DNA from: a virus
IMG/VR virus record: IMGVR_UViG_3300031652_000001
Strand: one strand, 5' to 3'
Length of the DNA stretch: 64,000 nt
How positions within the stretch are numbered: position 1 is the first letter of the stretch; each line of letters starts with the position of its first letter. The position numbers and the translations under genes are program-made. Shown here piece by piece: positions 39,875 through 48,631 of the stretch. Below the pieces are notes generated by a model. That model saw only the letters and a list, made by a program, of their open reading frames with translations, did not search any database and was not told where the DNA came from.

Positions 39875-40383
39875 ACAAGAACATCTTTTAGCTTCTGAAT
39901 AAAAGCTTTGAAATCGGTAATGACCTGAAACTTCCAGCTACCAGAGAGATTCAAATTGGCAACAGAAATCATCTTCTGGAGGTACTCTAAATTATGGTAC
40001 CTCTCGTGAGCACCAATGATAACCCGGTTCGCACCAGCACCAGCACAATACCTGCCCATCTGGATCCCCAGATCCAACATCTTGGTCTCTTGATTCACAT
40101 CACCTTTAGAAAACCAAAAGGCAGCAACATTTCCTGACCATGACGCCCGATACCTCCACTCCAAATCAGAAACAGTATCATCCGGACAGACATATATAGA
40201 ACCTTTCTGAAGGCCCTTCACTGCCTCGACAATCTTCTCTGTACCAGACGTCCATGTCCCGTCAGCACTCAAATATAATGCCGGTCTCGGAACACCGTGG
40301 ATATCATGCTTTGAATTAACGATCTTCATCGCCATCCTGAACCTCCTTTTTTGCTCGTTGAACAACCAAATTCTTGTGCGCAA
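39871..40383 (-). CDS. Nucleoside 2-deoxyribosyltransferase-like protein (divergent)
   Basis: EW......V.AFWF.......LDLG....V.IG...Y pattern; likely start MAMKI. Confidence 0.45.
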   Translation of the reverse strand: MRTRIWLFNEQKRRFRMAMKIVNSKHDIHGVPRPALYLSADGTWTSGTEKIVEAVKGLQKGSIYVCPDDTVSDLEWRYRASWSGNVAAFWFSKGDVNQETKMLDLGIQMGRYCAGAGANRVIIGAHERYHNLEYLQKMISVANLNLSGSWKFQVITDFKAFIQKLKDVLV

Positions 40384-40633
40384 GCTTCTTCATTTCAGAT
40401 ACAAAAGCATCAACAGCTTCATGCTCCAAACACAAGACAGATGATCCGATAATTTTCCCCTTGTCATCAATATTCCCAGATACTGCCGGTGAATCAAGAC
40501 CAACCATTACATCCCCATAAAACACAACAAACTCTTTAGAGTCCAAACTGTGCTTCTTTCCACAGATTGCACAGGTTACGACCTGTTCTGTCTTGGTCAC
40601 ACTAGCCAATACCTTATCCAAACCCTTTGCCAT
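40316..40633 (-). CDS. Hypothetical protein with CxxC
   Basis: GGAGA RBS; coupled. Confidence 0.6.
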   Translation of the reverse strand: MAKGLDKVLASVTKTEQVVTCAICGKKHSLDSKEFVVFYGDVMVGLDSPAVSGNIDDKGKIIGSSVLCLEHEAVDAFVSEMKKLAHKNLVVQRAKKEVQDGDEDR

Positions 40634-40950
40634 TATCTTCTCCCTCTCCTGGTAGTCTGCATCGAGATTGGCATACCTCCATGCCTCCCTTCTTCACCAG
40701 GGGTTCTTTTACCAATAACCGCTTCAGACCATTTCGAGCCCGACCGTTTCTGATTATATTTCATCACCTCCTTTTCAGCATCCTCAAACGGAGGAACTTT
40801 ATTTTTATCAAAAATAGCAGCCCTCTTGAGTGACTTGCCATTATTCAACAAATGAAGCTCCCATTTTGTATTCGAATTCCTAACAAGTCCCCATTTCCTG
40901 TCCTTGCTTGTATATGCAAGGGGACTATTACTCGATTGATCCCATTCCAA
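40633..40950 (-). CDS. Hypothetical protein
   Basis: GGAGGT RBS with TTG start. Confidence 0.6.
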   Translation of the reverse strand: MEWDQSSNSPLAYTSKDRKWGLVRNSNTKWELHLLNNGKSLKRAAIFDKNKVPPFEDAEKEVMKYNQKRSGSKWSEAVIGKRTPGEEGRHGGMPISMQTTRRGRR

Positions 40951-40961
40951 GAAACACCTCC

Positions 40962-41417
40962 TTAATGGATATTGTGGTTCCCTCCAAAAGGCGAAAACCC
41001 TCCTCCATTTTCATCATCATCTTCACTATCTTCTCCCTGAACCTGCTCAACGCCAATAATCTTCATCAGTGGCATTCCAACTATCGACAGTGCACCCATC
41101 ATGGCACGATTCATAATCGCAACATCCGCAACCCTATGAAGCTTGCGAATCATCGATGTTGCAACAGCAACAGCACGATCAGACGCCTCAACATCAGAAG
41201 CATTTACAAAATGAACCGTAATATCCATCATGCATTGAAGAACCCCAGGAATATCTCTCACAAAGGATCCGAACCCTTGACGGCCACCATCATCCTTGCT
41301 CAAGATCTCTTCTTTTATGGCATAGAGCGCATCATGGACTTTTTTCAGTACTTCCCCCCTTGTCCGACACGTTTCGCAGCCACAGCCGTGCCAAATATCT
41401 CTGACCTCTTCACTCAT
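40962..41417 (-). CDS. Hypothetical protein
   Basis: Start MSEEVR with AGGAG RBS. Confidence 0.55.
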   Translation of the reverse strand: MSEEVRDIWHGCGCETCRTRGEVLKKVHDALYAIKEEILSKDDGGRQGFGSFVRDIPGVLQCMMDITVHFVNASDVEASDRAVAVATSMIRKLHRVADVAIMNRAMMGALSIVGMPLMKIIGVEQVQGEDSEDDDENGGGFSPFGGNHNIH

Positions 41418-41567
41418 CTTTGATCTCCTTTGCATCAAAATACACAATACAGTAACATAAAAACACGAACTTTGACTTCATTAATCAATGAAATATGTTC
41501 TTACAGTAAATACTTTTACAAGAAAATGAAACCCCGAGAAAGGCGAGGTTGTAGATGCATTATCCCT

Positions 41568-42575
41568 TTAGGATATACACACCGAAAATAGAGGAACCTT
41601 GCTATCCTTGTCAGTGATTACTTGTCCACCAAGCATAGGAACCTTTTCCGTCTTTGGCAAAACCACTGTCCTAAGCCTCATACCGCTTTCCTCATCCTCA
41701 CAAGGGGACAATCTCAAAGGATGTGCCCTGAGTGCCGACAATAGCCCCTCAGTAGCTGTATAGAGCTTTGCCTTACTCTCCAATAAGACGTCATGTATCG
41801 CCTTGAGAGTTCGTTCTCTTGGCTGCAATGGCTCCCTTGACGAATCCGGAAACATGGGTAGCCTATCCTTGTTCTGCTGATAGCAGGCCCTTGCCAACGA
41901 CCCGTAACAGACACGAATCAGTGGGTACCAGATAGACCGCCAATAGGCCCTTGTTGGCGAAAGCTCAACTCCCGCCACTTTACCTTCAAGCAAGACAACT
42001 GCCCCAACCTGATTATCAAGAAGCTCAAACTCCGCAACGAACTCATCCATTTGCTTCTTGAATGTATTCACAAAAACAGCAAGCTGCTGATGATTTGAAA
42101 GACCGTGTCGAGAATTGAACTCACCCAGCTCACCCCAGATCAGATTGTATCCTTGCTCCTTACGCTTTGCCAAAGCAATGCTTCTGAGTTCTGCCGGTAA
42201 AATCAACATCTCTGTTGCACTCTTGATATATCCACCCTGGCTAGACTGAATACATCTTGCCGTCCTGATTATGGACTCAGAACCACCCTTCATAATCTTG
42301 CCGCTACCAACAGCGTGATCCTGAGCTGCCTGCTCAACAACCCAACCGGCCCCAGGAGGAACAAAGTTCGTCCGACCAGATCTCTCTCGGATATGAACCG
42401 TTCCATAATTGGAGGTCCTTACCTCAAAATCATCAGCCGTACCAAAATCGCTCTCATCAAAACGATCATTATCGGAAACCAATGGTATCACCCCCATATT
42501 TCCGACATACTGAGCCTCACCAGAGGAAACCCCGTCCAGGATGTCCCCCATTGTCAATGTCCGTCTCCTATTCAT
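41568..42575 (-). CDS. ARPP-like (DUF6569-related) protein
   Basis: NYG.V, QDHA, A.CIQ..QGG, IW, F...FE...Q.GA...G...G.E..P...YW...W..L...CY; coupled (ATGA) to the vWA gene. Confidence 0.6.
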   Translation of the reverse strand: MNRRRTLTMGDILDGVSSGEAQYVGNMGVIPLVSDNDRFDESDFGTADDFEVRTSNYGTVHIRERSGRTNFVPPGAGWVVEQAAQDHAVGSGKIMKGGSESIIRTARCIQSSQGGYIKSATEMLILPAELRSIALAKRKEQGYNLIWGELGEFNSRHGLSNHQQLAVFVNTFKKQMDEFVAEFELLDNQVGAVVLLEGKVAGVELSPTRAYWRSIWYPLIRVCYGSLARACYQQNKDRLPMFPDSSREPLQPRERTLKAIHDVLLESKAKLYTATEGLLSALRAHPLRLSPCEDEESGMRLRTVVLPKTEKVPMLGGQVITDKDSKVPLFSVCIS

Positions 42576-44209
42576 GACTCACCTCCTAGTAAGCCTGAAA
42601 AGCCCTCACCTCCTGCCGTAAGCGCTATCCGAACCAGATTCTCAATACCCTGTCTCGGGTCACTCTCGATGAGACCTCGAACCATGGTAGTGCCGATCAA
42701 TTCAGGAGACTTGACCGGCATTGTTACAACCTTGTCGATACCATCACAGATCGAACGTACAGCTCCAGTCTCAGCCGCAAAAACAGGATTGAAATGAATA
42801 ATTGGTGTGTCATTCCCATATTCCCTCGCAAGCCTGAGAACATCACCTGTCCGTCCAGCTGGAGCATTCTCATATCCATCACTGATAATGAAAATTGCTT
42901 CAGGCTCATCCATCATCAAAAAGAGAAGTCGCTCAGCAAGATCAGTAGAACCCTTCGGTCTCGTCAATGTTGCTTTGTCTCCCTCATATGTCCCACCACA
43001 CACCAACACAGATGCGGACTCGGCAGATGCAACCAAAGCATCTCTTAACGATAACGCAACAGCCATCGGCCTGAGAGGTTGCTCCCGGCTTCCTTCCATA
43101 GACTTCGAAGCGTCCAATAGGATGCCAATCCTATTATATGAAAAAGGCAACGTCGTTGCCGTTTTCTTCGCTTTCCTTGTAAGGGCGTCCTGGACAATAC
43201 CGGTCATGCCGTTCTCAAAAGCATGAATGTACAGCTCTACCGAACTGTAATCATCAACCCTCATTTCGACATCAACACCCGCTTCCTTTGCCCTCTTCTG
43301 AACAACTCTCCTTTCATGAGTTGTCATCGTTTTCGACTTCGCCTTTATCCTGATAATATCACCAGGCTTCGTATTTTGATGATATGTGCTTCTGATGCCC
43401 TCCAACACTTCAGTCGGAAGAATCGATCCCGCCTTGAGATCTTTCTTAGAACAAACAAAAGCATTCAACATTTTCATCTCTTTATAAAAACCATCACGTT
43501 TTCCAAAAAGAAAAGCCAAACACTGACAAACTCGAACTCTTTTGTTGTGAACATCTGTGTCGCCGATAATATATCGGAAAACGTGATCCCGCAGAGCACC
43601 TCTATCTATCCTGCTCATCTTGCTGAACTTCGGATATTGCTTTACAGCCTCACCAATAAAAGAAGCCAATTTCTGGCCCCACGCATGAACCAGTGCTCCC
43701 TTCACCTTGTCACGATACTTCACAACCCAAAGCTCAAACCTCGGACTATTCAATATCGTCTTGAGTATCAACTTCCTGGTACGAGCATTGTTTGAACGCT
43801 TGATACCAAAATGACCCCCACGACCCCGAAGCGCGTCGAACATCTTTAAAAGCCGCTGAGGTGGCATTTCCCGAACGAATTTCTCCAAAATATGACGTTC
43901 TATTTTGGGATCCAAAAACACATCGGCGCCCCGTGGGTTTGCCAATAATGTCGATATACCCAGTTGTCGAGAATGGTCTGTTGTACCCGGCAAAAGAAGC
44001 AACGTCTCATACAGATCTCGACACCTCCGAAATAACTCTGCATGAGCATGGATTTCCGAACTTACCTGCTGTTCCCTCGTATTGTAATGCGTAGAACGAC
44101 CGTACGATGTAGTACAGACATCCAAGAACGACAAGACATGAGGAGCCAGATCTTCCGGCCTCAGGTGCTCAACCCGAAAAATGTCCTCCAATAGTGCAAG
44201 GTTCCCCAT
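42572..44209 (-). CDS. Ro60/TROVE-like helical domain + vWA protein
   Basis: Basic helical N-terminal ~350 aa, then MIDAS LLDASKSM...T...IISDGYEN; directly downstream of Y-RNA-like elements. Confidence 0.65.
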   Translation of the reverse strand: MGNLALLEDIFRVEHLRPEDLAPHVLSFLDVCTTSYGRSTHYNTREQQVSSEIHAHAELFRRCRDLYETLLLLPGTTDHSRQLGISTLLANPRGADVFLDPKIERHILEKFVREMPPQRLLKMFDALRGRGGHFGIKRSNNARTRKLILKTILNSPRFELWVVKYRDKVKGALVHAWGQKLASFIGEAVKQYPKFSKMSRIDRGALRDHVFRYIIGDTDVHNKRVRVCQCLAFLFGKRDGFYKEMKMLNAFVCSKKDLKAGSILPTEVLEGIRSTYHQNTKPGDIIRIKAKSKTMTTHERRVVQKRAKEAGVDVEMRVDDYSSVELYIHAFENGMTGIVQDALTRKAKKTATTLPFSYNRIGILLDASKSMEGSREQPLRPMAVALSLRDALVASAESASVLVCGGTYEGDKATLTRPKGSTDLAERLLFLMMDEPEAIFIISDGYENAPAGRTGDVLRLAREYGNDTPIIHFNPVFAAETGAVRSICDGIDKVVTMPVKSPELIGTTMVRGLIESDPRQGIENLVRIALTAGGEGFSGLLGGES

Positions 44210-44250
44210 CGCACACCTCCTGATTTTTAATAAAGTCCCCGGACAAAAAA

Positions 44251-44318
44251 AGACTGAGAAAATTCGTCAAATGTCTTTAGTAGTCCTCCACTGTAACATC
44301 TGATTCAGTCCTCAATCT
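44251..44318 (-). ncRNA. Y-RNA-like hairpin RNA 1 (no tRNA module)
   Basis: AGATTGAG/CTCAGTCT terminal stem, GAGGACT motif, inner stem TCAGATG/CATTTGA. Confidence 0.65.
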
Positions 44319-44333
44319 GTGTATTATATAAAA

Positions 44334-44459
44334 GACCGAGATTTTTTAACAAACGGAGTTGGATAGAAATACGGGAATTGAACCCGTTACCGTTGGTTTA
44401 GAAGACCAATGCTCTAACCAGATGAGCTGATTTCTGAACCGTCTATTGAGTCCTCGGTC
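44334..44459 (-). ncRNA. Y-RNA-like RNA 2 with embedded tRNA-Arg(TCT)-like cloverleaf (44365-44435)
   Basis: GACCGAG/CTCGGTC terminal stem, GAGGACT motif, inner stem AATAGACGG/CCGTTTGTT, then D, anticodon and T arms. Confidence 0.75.
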
Positions 44460-44476
44460 ATTTTTTCAAAGAAAAT

Positions 44477-44603
44477 AGGCGAGATTATTTAAGAAACAGT
44501 GTGTGTAAAGAAAAACCGGATTCGAACCAGTAACTCTCAGCTCCCAATGCTGAAGCTCTACCAATGAGCTTTTTTCCCTGAACTGTCTCAACAGTCCTCG
44601 CCT
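44477..44603 (-). ncRNA. Y-RNA-like RNA 3 with embedded tRNA-Pro(TGG)-like cloverleaf (44508-44578)
   Basis: AGGCGAG/CTCGCCT terminal stem, GAGGACT motif, inner stem GAGACAGT/ACTGTTTC, then D, anticodon and T arms. Confidence 0.75.
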
Positions 44604-44613
44604 TGCAAGAATT

Positions 44614-44643
44614 AATCTAACCCAATTTTCTGGAAGGTGTCAA
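44614..44643 (-). promoter_or_regulatory. Sigma70-like promoter of the Y-RNA-like/vWA/ARPP operon
   Basis: TTGACA-N18-TAGATT ending about 10 nt before RNA 3. Confidence 0.6.
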
Positions 44644-44663
44644 CAGTAAAAACGAAATTGAAT

Positions 44664-45026
44664 TCACTTTATCCTGTTTACTGAGATATACGCCTGAAAT
44701 GCATTAACAATTTCTTTTCTCGATACTTTGGCCCCCCATGTTTCGAGTTTCATTTTCAGATCAGACAATGACTTTGGGATCTCCATATGATTCGCAAGAA
44801 CAGCCTTCATAAACGCCTCTACTCCTGTCTGTATGTTCTGCCTTGTCTTGGTATCCAGTGTTCCTCCAAGCCCTCTGAAGGCCCTTATGAAACTCCTTGC
44901 CTGGTCCATGGTGACATCCTTCATCTTTGGCCTCGTTGTGCCCTCTGAAAGGTACGAGCGACGCCTCAATGTAGAGACACCAACACCATAATTCCTGTTT
45001 ATTATTTTTGTACGAGACGTCCGCAT
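44664..45026 (-). CDS. Basic hypothetical protein with LRRRSYLSE leader
   Basis: AGGAGG RBS; shared leader motif. Confidence 0.65.
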   Translation of the reverse strand: MRTSRTKIINRNYGVGVSTLRRRSYLSEGTTRPKMKDVTMDQARSFIRAFRGLGGTLDTKTRQNIQTGVEAFMKAVLANHMEIPKSLSDLKMKLETWGAKVSRKEIVNAFQAYISVNRIK

Positions 45027-45092
45027 CGTTTCTGTCCTCCTTCTTTACCAAGAAAGAGTGTCACGATACGAAAAGACGGTCAAATTTTCACA

Positions 45093-46502
45093 TCAAGACC
45101 AGCCACCTTCACGATAACAACAAAAGCTTGTTCCATAAGCATCACAATAACTGTCAAGATCCGAATAGTGTTCACCACCAGCGGAATAACAATCATTGGC
45201 ATAAAGACATGCCATCGAAAATTTCAAAGTACACGCATCAGGAACAATTTCCTCTGTTTCACTGTCACTGGTATCCGTTTCAGTCTCTTCTTCCGTATCC
45301 TCAATCGTTTCAGAATCAATATCCGTATCGTATTCAGTATCTTGCTCTGTTTCAGTATCCACCTCCGTATCAACAGGCAATTTCATAACAGCACAACATA
45401 ACCTTCCTTCTAATTCACCCCTACATACCCCCTCGGCTGTAACAAATCCCCACTCTGGATCTGGATAAGGAACATCCTCACATTTTTCCTTATCCAAAGA
45501 CAAACTTGGATGCATACAGAAATTACAATTCGGCTCTGTATCGCTATCAGTATCAAAGTCCGTGTCGGTGTCGGTGTCGGTGTCCGTATCAGTGTCCGTG
45601 TCAGTATCGGTATCGGTATCGGTGTCGGTGTCGGTGTCCGTGTCCGTATCTGTGTCCGTGTCAGTATCGGTATCGGTATCGGTGTCGGTGTCGGTGTCCG
45701 TGTCCGTATCTGTGTCCGTGTCCGTGTCCGTGTCGGTATCGGTATCGATATCAACATCCATACTACCTGAATCCTCACCAGCATCCAGATCTATTCCGGT
45801 ATCCCCATCTGTACCAACATCTTCTTCCGAGCCTGTGTCTGTATCAACGCTGTCATTGGTATCGGTATCAGTATCGGTATCGGTATCAGTATCAGTATCG
45901 GTATCGGTATCGGTATCGGTATCGGTGTCGGTGTCGGTGTCCGAGTCCGAGTCCGTATCTGTGTCCGTGTCCGTGTCCGTGTCGCTGTCAGCATTACCGT
46001 CTGCATCAGTGTCTGTGTCCATATCACTATCCGCATCAGAATCACCATCCCCATCCCCATCGGCATCCCCATCGGCATCGGCATCGGCATCGGCATCGGC
46101 ATCGGCATCCATATTCATATCCGTGTCAGTGTCCGCATCGGCATCAGTGTCCGCATCGGCATCAGTGTCCGCATCGGCATCCGCATCGGCATCGGCATCG
46201 GCATCGGCATCGGCATAGGTATCCGCACCACCATCAATACCGGCATCAAAATCACTGTCCGTATCGATATCTGTATCAAACTCAAAATCAAAAGAATCTG
46301 TCTCAGATTCAGAGCCTTCTACCCGGATATCCGTTCCAGTATCTATCGAATCTATATCGCAAATCATCCTATTTATAGCACTTGAAGAATCATCTTCCTC
46401 GGTACCAAAAAAAGATGCATCACCGGCATCCAGCTCATCCCCATTGTCCTCTAAACAGGCCACCAAAAAAATAGCAACCAAAACAAAAAATGTCGTCCTC
46501 AT
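45093..46502 (-). CDS. Lipoprotein with long Asp-Thr/Asp-Ala repeats and Cys-rich C-terminal domains
   Basis: Signal peptide with lipobox LVAC (Cys16); (DT)n and (DA)n tracts. Confidence 0.8.
   Translation of the reverse strand: MRTTFFVLVAIFLVACLEDNGDELDAGDASFFGTEEDDSSSAINRMICDIDSIDTGTDIRVEGSESETDSFDFEFDTDIDTDSDFDAGIDGGADTYADADADADADADADADTDADADTDADADTDTDMNMDADADADADADADGDADGDGDGDSDADSDMDTDTDADGNADSDTDTDTDTDTDSDSDTDTDTDTDTDTDTDTDTDTDTDTDTDTNDSVDTDTGSEEDVGTDGDTGIDLDAGEDSGSMDVDIDTDTDTDTDTDTDTDTDTDTDTDTDTDTDTDTDTDTDTDTDTDTDTDTDTDTDTDTDTDTDTDFDTDSDTEPNCNFCMHPSLSLDKEKCEDVPYPDPEWGFVTAEGVCRGELEGRLCCAVMKLPVDTEVDTETEQDTEYDTDIDSETIEDTEEETETDTSDSETEEIVPDACTLKFSMACLYANDCYSAGGEHYSDLDSYCDAYGTSFCCYREGGWS
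45540..46215. repeat. Degenerate hexamer tandem repeats (GTRTCN / GCATCG) encoding DT/DA
   Basis: Visible directly; includes a 60-bp duplication around 45580-45720. Confidence 0.9.
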
Positions 46503-46585
46503 ATCTTCCTCCTTATACCTAATGATAAGGATTTATAACATGAACGCAAGTTCACTTTCTCAAAAAATAACAAAAAATAGATTTA

Positions 46586-46656
46586 TGGCCCCTCCGGGGT
46601 TCGAACCCGGGCCAACGGCTTATGAGACCGACGCTCTACCAATGAGCTAAAGGGCC
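46586..46656 (-). tRNA. tRNA-Ile2/Met (CAT)
   Basis: GGCCCTT acceptor like bacterial Ile2; loop CTCATAA; no encoded CCA. Confidence 0.85.
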
Positions 46657-46660
46657 TCGT

Positions 46661-47023
46661 TTAATCCTCATAGGCAAGATCCATCCATTCATCCCATAGA
46701 TTCCTCAACATACTGACACCTTTTTTGGTAAAGTATGCAAAATAAGAAACCCCCTCCCAGTCGGAATCACGGACTTTTTCGACATATCCCTTCTGTCTCA
46801 AAATATGAGCCTCATTTGGCGTCAAATATCTCTTAGAAAGACCTTTCTTTGATGCCACAGGAATACCATCCTCAGCCTTATCATAGACATCATTTGCTTT
46901 TACAAGCGCATCAAAAAACGGGTATCTTTTCTTGAAAGCGGACCGACGCTTATCCTCAGCCGCATCCTCAGTTAGTTTTTCTTTGGCTTTCTCAAGTACA
47001 GTATTTATTTCACCAAGATGCAT
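46661..47023 (-). CDS. Hypothetical protein with leader INTVLEKAKEKLTE
   Basis: Start MHLGE with GGAGGT RBS. Confidence 0.65.
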   Translation of the reverse strand: MHLGEINTVLEKAKEKLTEDAAEDKRRSAFKKRYPFFDALVKANDVYDKAEDGIPVASKKGLSKRYLTPNEAHILRQKGYVEKVRDSDWEGVSYFAYFTKKGVSMLRNLWDEWMDLAYED

Positions 47024-47118
47024 CTTCACACCTCCTTCGTGAAAATACACTATTGCCAATCCATAACCAACTTTTAGTACACTACATTTCCAAATATGCA
47101 GACACAATATTCCCAATG

Positions 47119-47190
47119 TGGTCAGAACTGGAATTGAACCAGTGCATCTGGATTTTCAATCCAGCACTCTACCTACTGAGTTATCTGACC
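47119..47190 (-). tRNA. tRNA-Phe (GAA)
   Basis: Full cloverleaf, loop TTGAAAA. Confidence 0.9.
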
Positions 47191-47197
47191 CTTTTAG

Positions 47198-47283
47198 TAC
47201 CCGTGCTCGGATTCGAACCGAGACCGCCCTTTCGGGTGCCATAGGTTTTGAGCCTACCGCCTGTACCATTCGGCTACACGGGC
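47198..47283 (-). tRNA. tRNA-Leu (CAA), long variable arm
   Basis: Full cloverleaf, loop CTCAAAA. Confidence 0.9.
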
Positions 47284-47287
47284 ATTG

Positions 47288-47363
47288 TACGCGAGGGGGG
47301 ACTCGAACCCCCAACCTCCAGATCCTTAGTCTGACGCCTCGTTCCAAATTGGGCTACTCGCGC
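47288..47363 (-). tRNA. tRNA-Leu (AAG), short variable loop
   Basis: Cloverleaf, loop CTAAGGA, V loop AGGTT, A73. Confidence 0.85.
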
Positions 47364-47369
47364 ATGTTG

Positions 47370-47444
47370 TACACCGGAAGGGAGTCGAACCCTCACTGTC
47401 AGGATCCTGAGTCCTGTGCCTCTTCCAGATTGGGCTACCGGCGC
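47370..47444 (-). tRNA. tRNA-Leu (CAG), short variable loop
   Basis: Cloverleaf, loop CTCAGGA, V loop ACAGT, A73. Confidence 0.85.
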
Positions 47445-47476
47445 ATAATGGAAGCAAGATTTTCTTTACCTGGTAT

Positions 47477-47800
47477 TTAGACGATAGGAAGGATGTCCCT
47501 CAGTTTTTCCTTCCCGATTTTCTCTTTTAGAAAGGCCATCAGGTCCCTTCTAACAATGTTGTAATAGTTCTCCAGCTCGTACGGCATTCTATCTTCCTCG
47601 ACTGCCTTCAGCTGGGCAATAAGGTCAAGCTTCTTGGCCGTCTTCGTTGCCCCGGCCCTCGTGGCCAAAATCTTCATGGCCTCAATATGCTCGCCCTTTC
47701 TCATCATGGCCTGGAGCTTTTCTATCGGTATCGCCCCCGAAGCCGTTGCCTCATCGAGAATATCCTCCTCGATGTATCCACGATTCCTCAGCTTTGTCAT
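47477..47800 (-). CDS. Hypothetical protein with LRNRGYIEE leader
   Basis: GGAGA RBS; shared leader motif. Confidence 0.65.
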   Translation of the reverse strand: MTKLRNRGYIEEDILDEATASGAIPIEKLQAMMRKGEHIEAMKILATRAGATKTAKKLDLIAQLKAVEEDRMPYELENYYNIVRRDLMAFLKEKIGKEKLRDILPIV

Positions 47801-47824
47801 CTTGATTCTCCAGTCTTGTCTCGG

Positions 47825-48310
47825 CTAAATATAGCCGTATTTACCCTTGTGCCTGCTCGCCGATAGAAGCTCATCAAGATAAATCTTGTACGCCTCAATT
47901 TCAGCTTTTCTCTTCTTTATCGTAGATCCGACAGACCAATTCCCTGAAAGACTTTTGTAGAGCCCGTCCCTCTTCTTTAGGGCAGCTCTTACCTTTCGCT
48001 TACTACGAATCTTGTCCATCTCCTGCTTTGTCAGATCACCTGATGAATTCCAAGCTGCGGCCCTGGACTCAAGGCTCTTAAGCTCTTTGTCGAGCTTTTT
48101 GAGTTCCTCTTTCTCCTCCGGAGTTCCCTTCCCAATACTCTTCCTGGCACTCGCAAAAGGGTCAGCACTTTCACGGAGCCCCCCAATTTTGCCACCGGCT
48201 ACTGTTTTTCTAAAAACTTCTCCGTATTTTGGAAGTCTGTCCTTCCCCTCCCCTAAAACACTTACCGTGCTGATGAGCAACTGATTGATAAAGGAAAGAT
48301 CCATTGACAT
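47825..48310 (-). CDS. Basic hypothetical protein with leader INQLLISTVSVLGE
   Basis: AGGAGG RBS. Confidence 0.65.
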   Translation of the reverse strand: MSMDLSFINQLLISTVSVLGEGKDRLPKYGEVFRKTVAGGKIGGLRESADPFASARKSIGKGTPEEKEELKKLDKELKSLESRAAAWNSSGDLTKQEMDKIRSKRKVRAALKKRDGLYKSLSGNWSVGSTIKKRKAEIEAYKIYLDELLSASRHKGKYGYI

Positions 48311-48367
48311 TGCCTCCTTGGTTCAATCTTACCCACAAAGTAGACACCGTCAACAAATCGTTTATTG

Positions 48368-48442
48368 TGCGACCACTGGGATTCGAACCCAGAACTCTGT
48401 GATCTTAAATCACATGCCTCTACCAAATTGGGCCACAGTCGC
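48368..48442 (-). tRNA. tRNA-Leu (TAA), short variable loop
   Basis: Cloverleaf, loop TTTAAGA. Confidence 0.85.
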
Positions 48443-48462
48443 ATTGTTGTATTTCTATTTTC

Positions 48463-48538
48463 CAGGGGCATATGGAGTCGAACCCCCAACAACAGATACT
48501 ACTGGAAGCCTGCGCTCTACCATTTAAGCTATACCCCT
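48463..48538 (-). pseudogene. Degenerate tRNA-Trp (CCA)
   Basis: AGGGGTA acceptor and D arm intact; enlarged anticodon loop; T-stem GGGGG/CCATA mispaired. Confidence 0.65.
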
Positions 48539-48543
48539 ATTTG

Positions 48544-48627
48544 CTGAGGTGGAGAGATTCGAACTCTCAAGCCAGTCACCTGACCACGACTTAGCAGGCC
48601 GCTGCACTACCGTTGTGCGACACCTCA
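48544..48627 (-). tRNA. tRNA-Ser (GCT)
   Basis: Cloverleaf, long V arm, G73. Confidence 0.85.
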
Positions 48628-48631
48628 ATAA

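Noticed and set aside
44365-44578. Ordinary tRNA-Arg(TCT) and tRNA-Pro(TGG) genes
   Set aside because: Acceptor stems lack Arg/Pro identity and are enclosed in conserved outer stems shared with a third, tRNA-less element; a canonical Pro(TGG) exists at 61879
45540-46215. Repeat tract as a CRISPR array, or plus-strand poly-SV/RY ORFs
   Set aside because: Hexamer tandem repeats without spacers; the plus-strand ORFs are shadows of the DT/DA lipoprotein
47053-47480. Short ORFs across the tRNA cluster
   Set aside because: They are translations of tRNA genes
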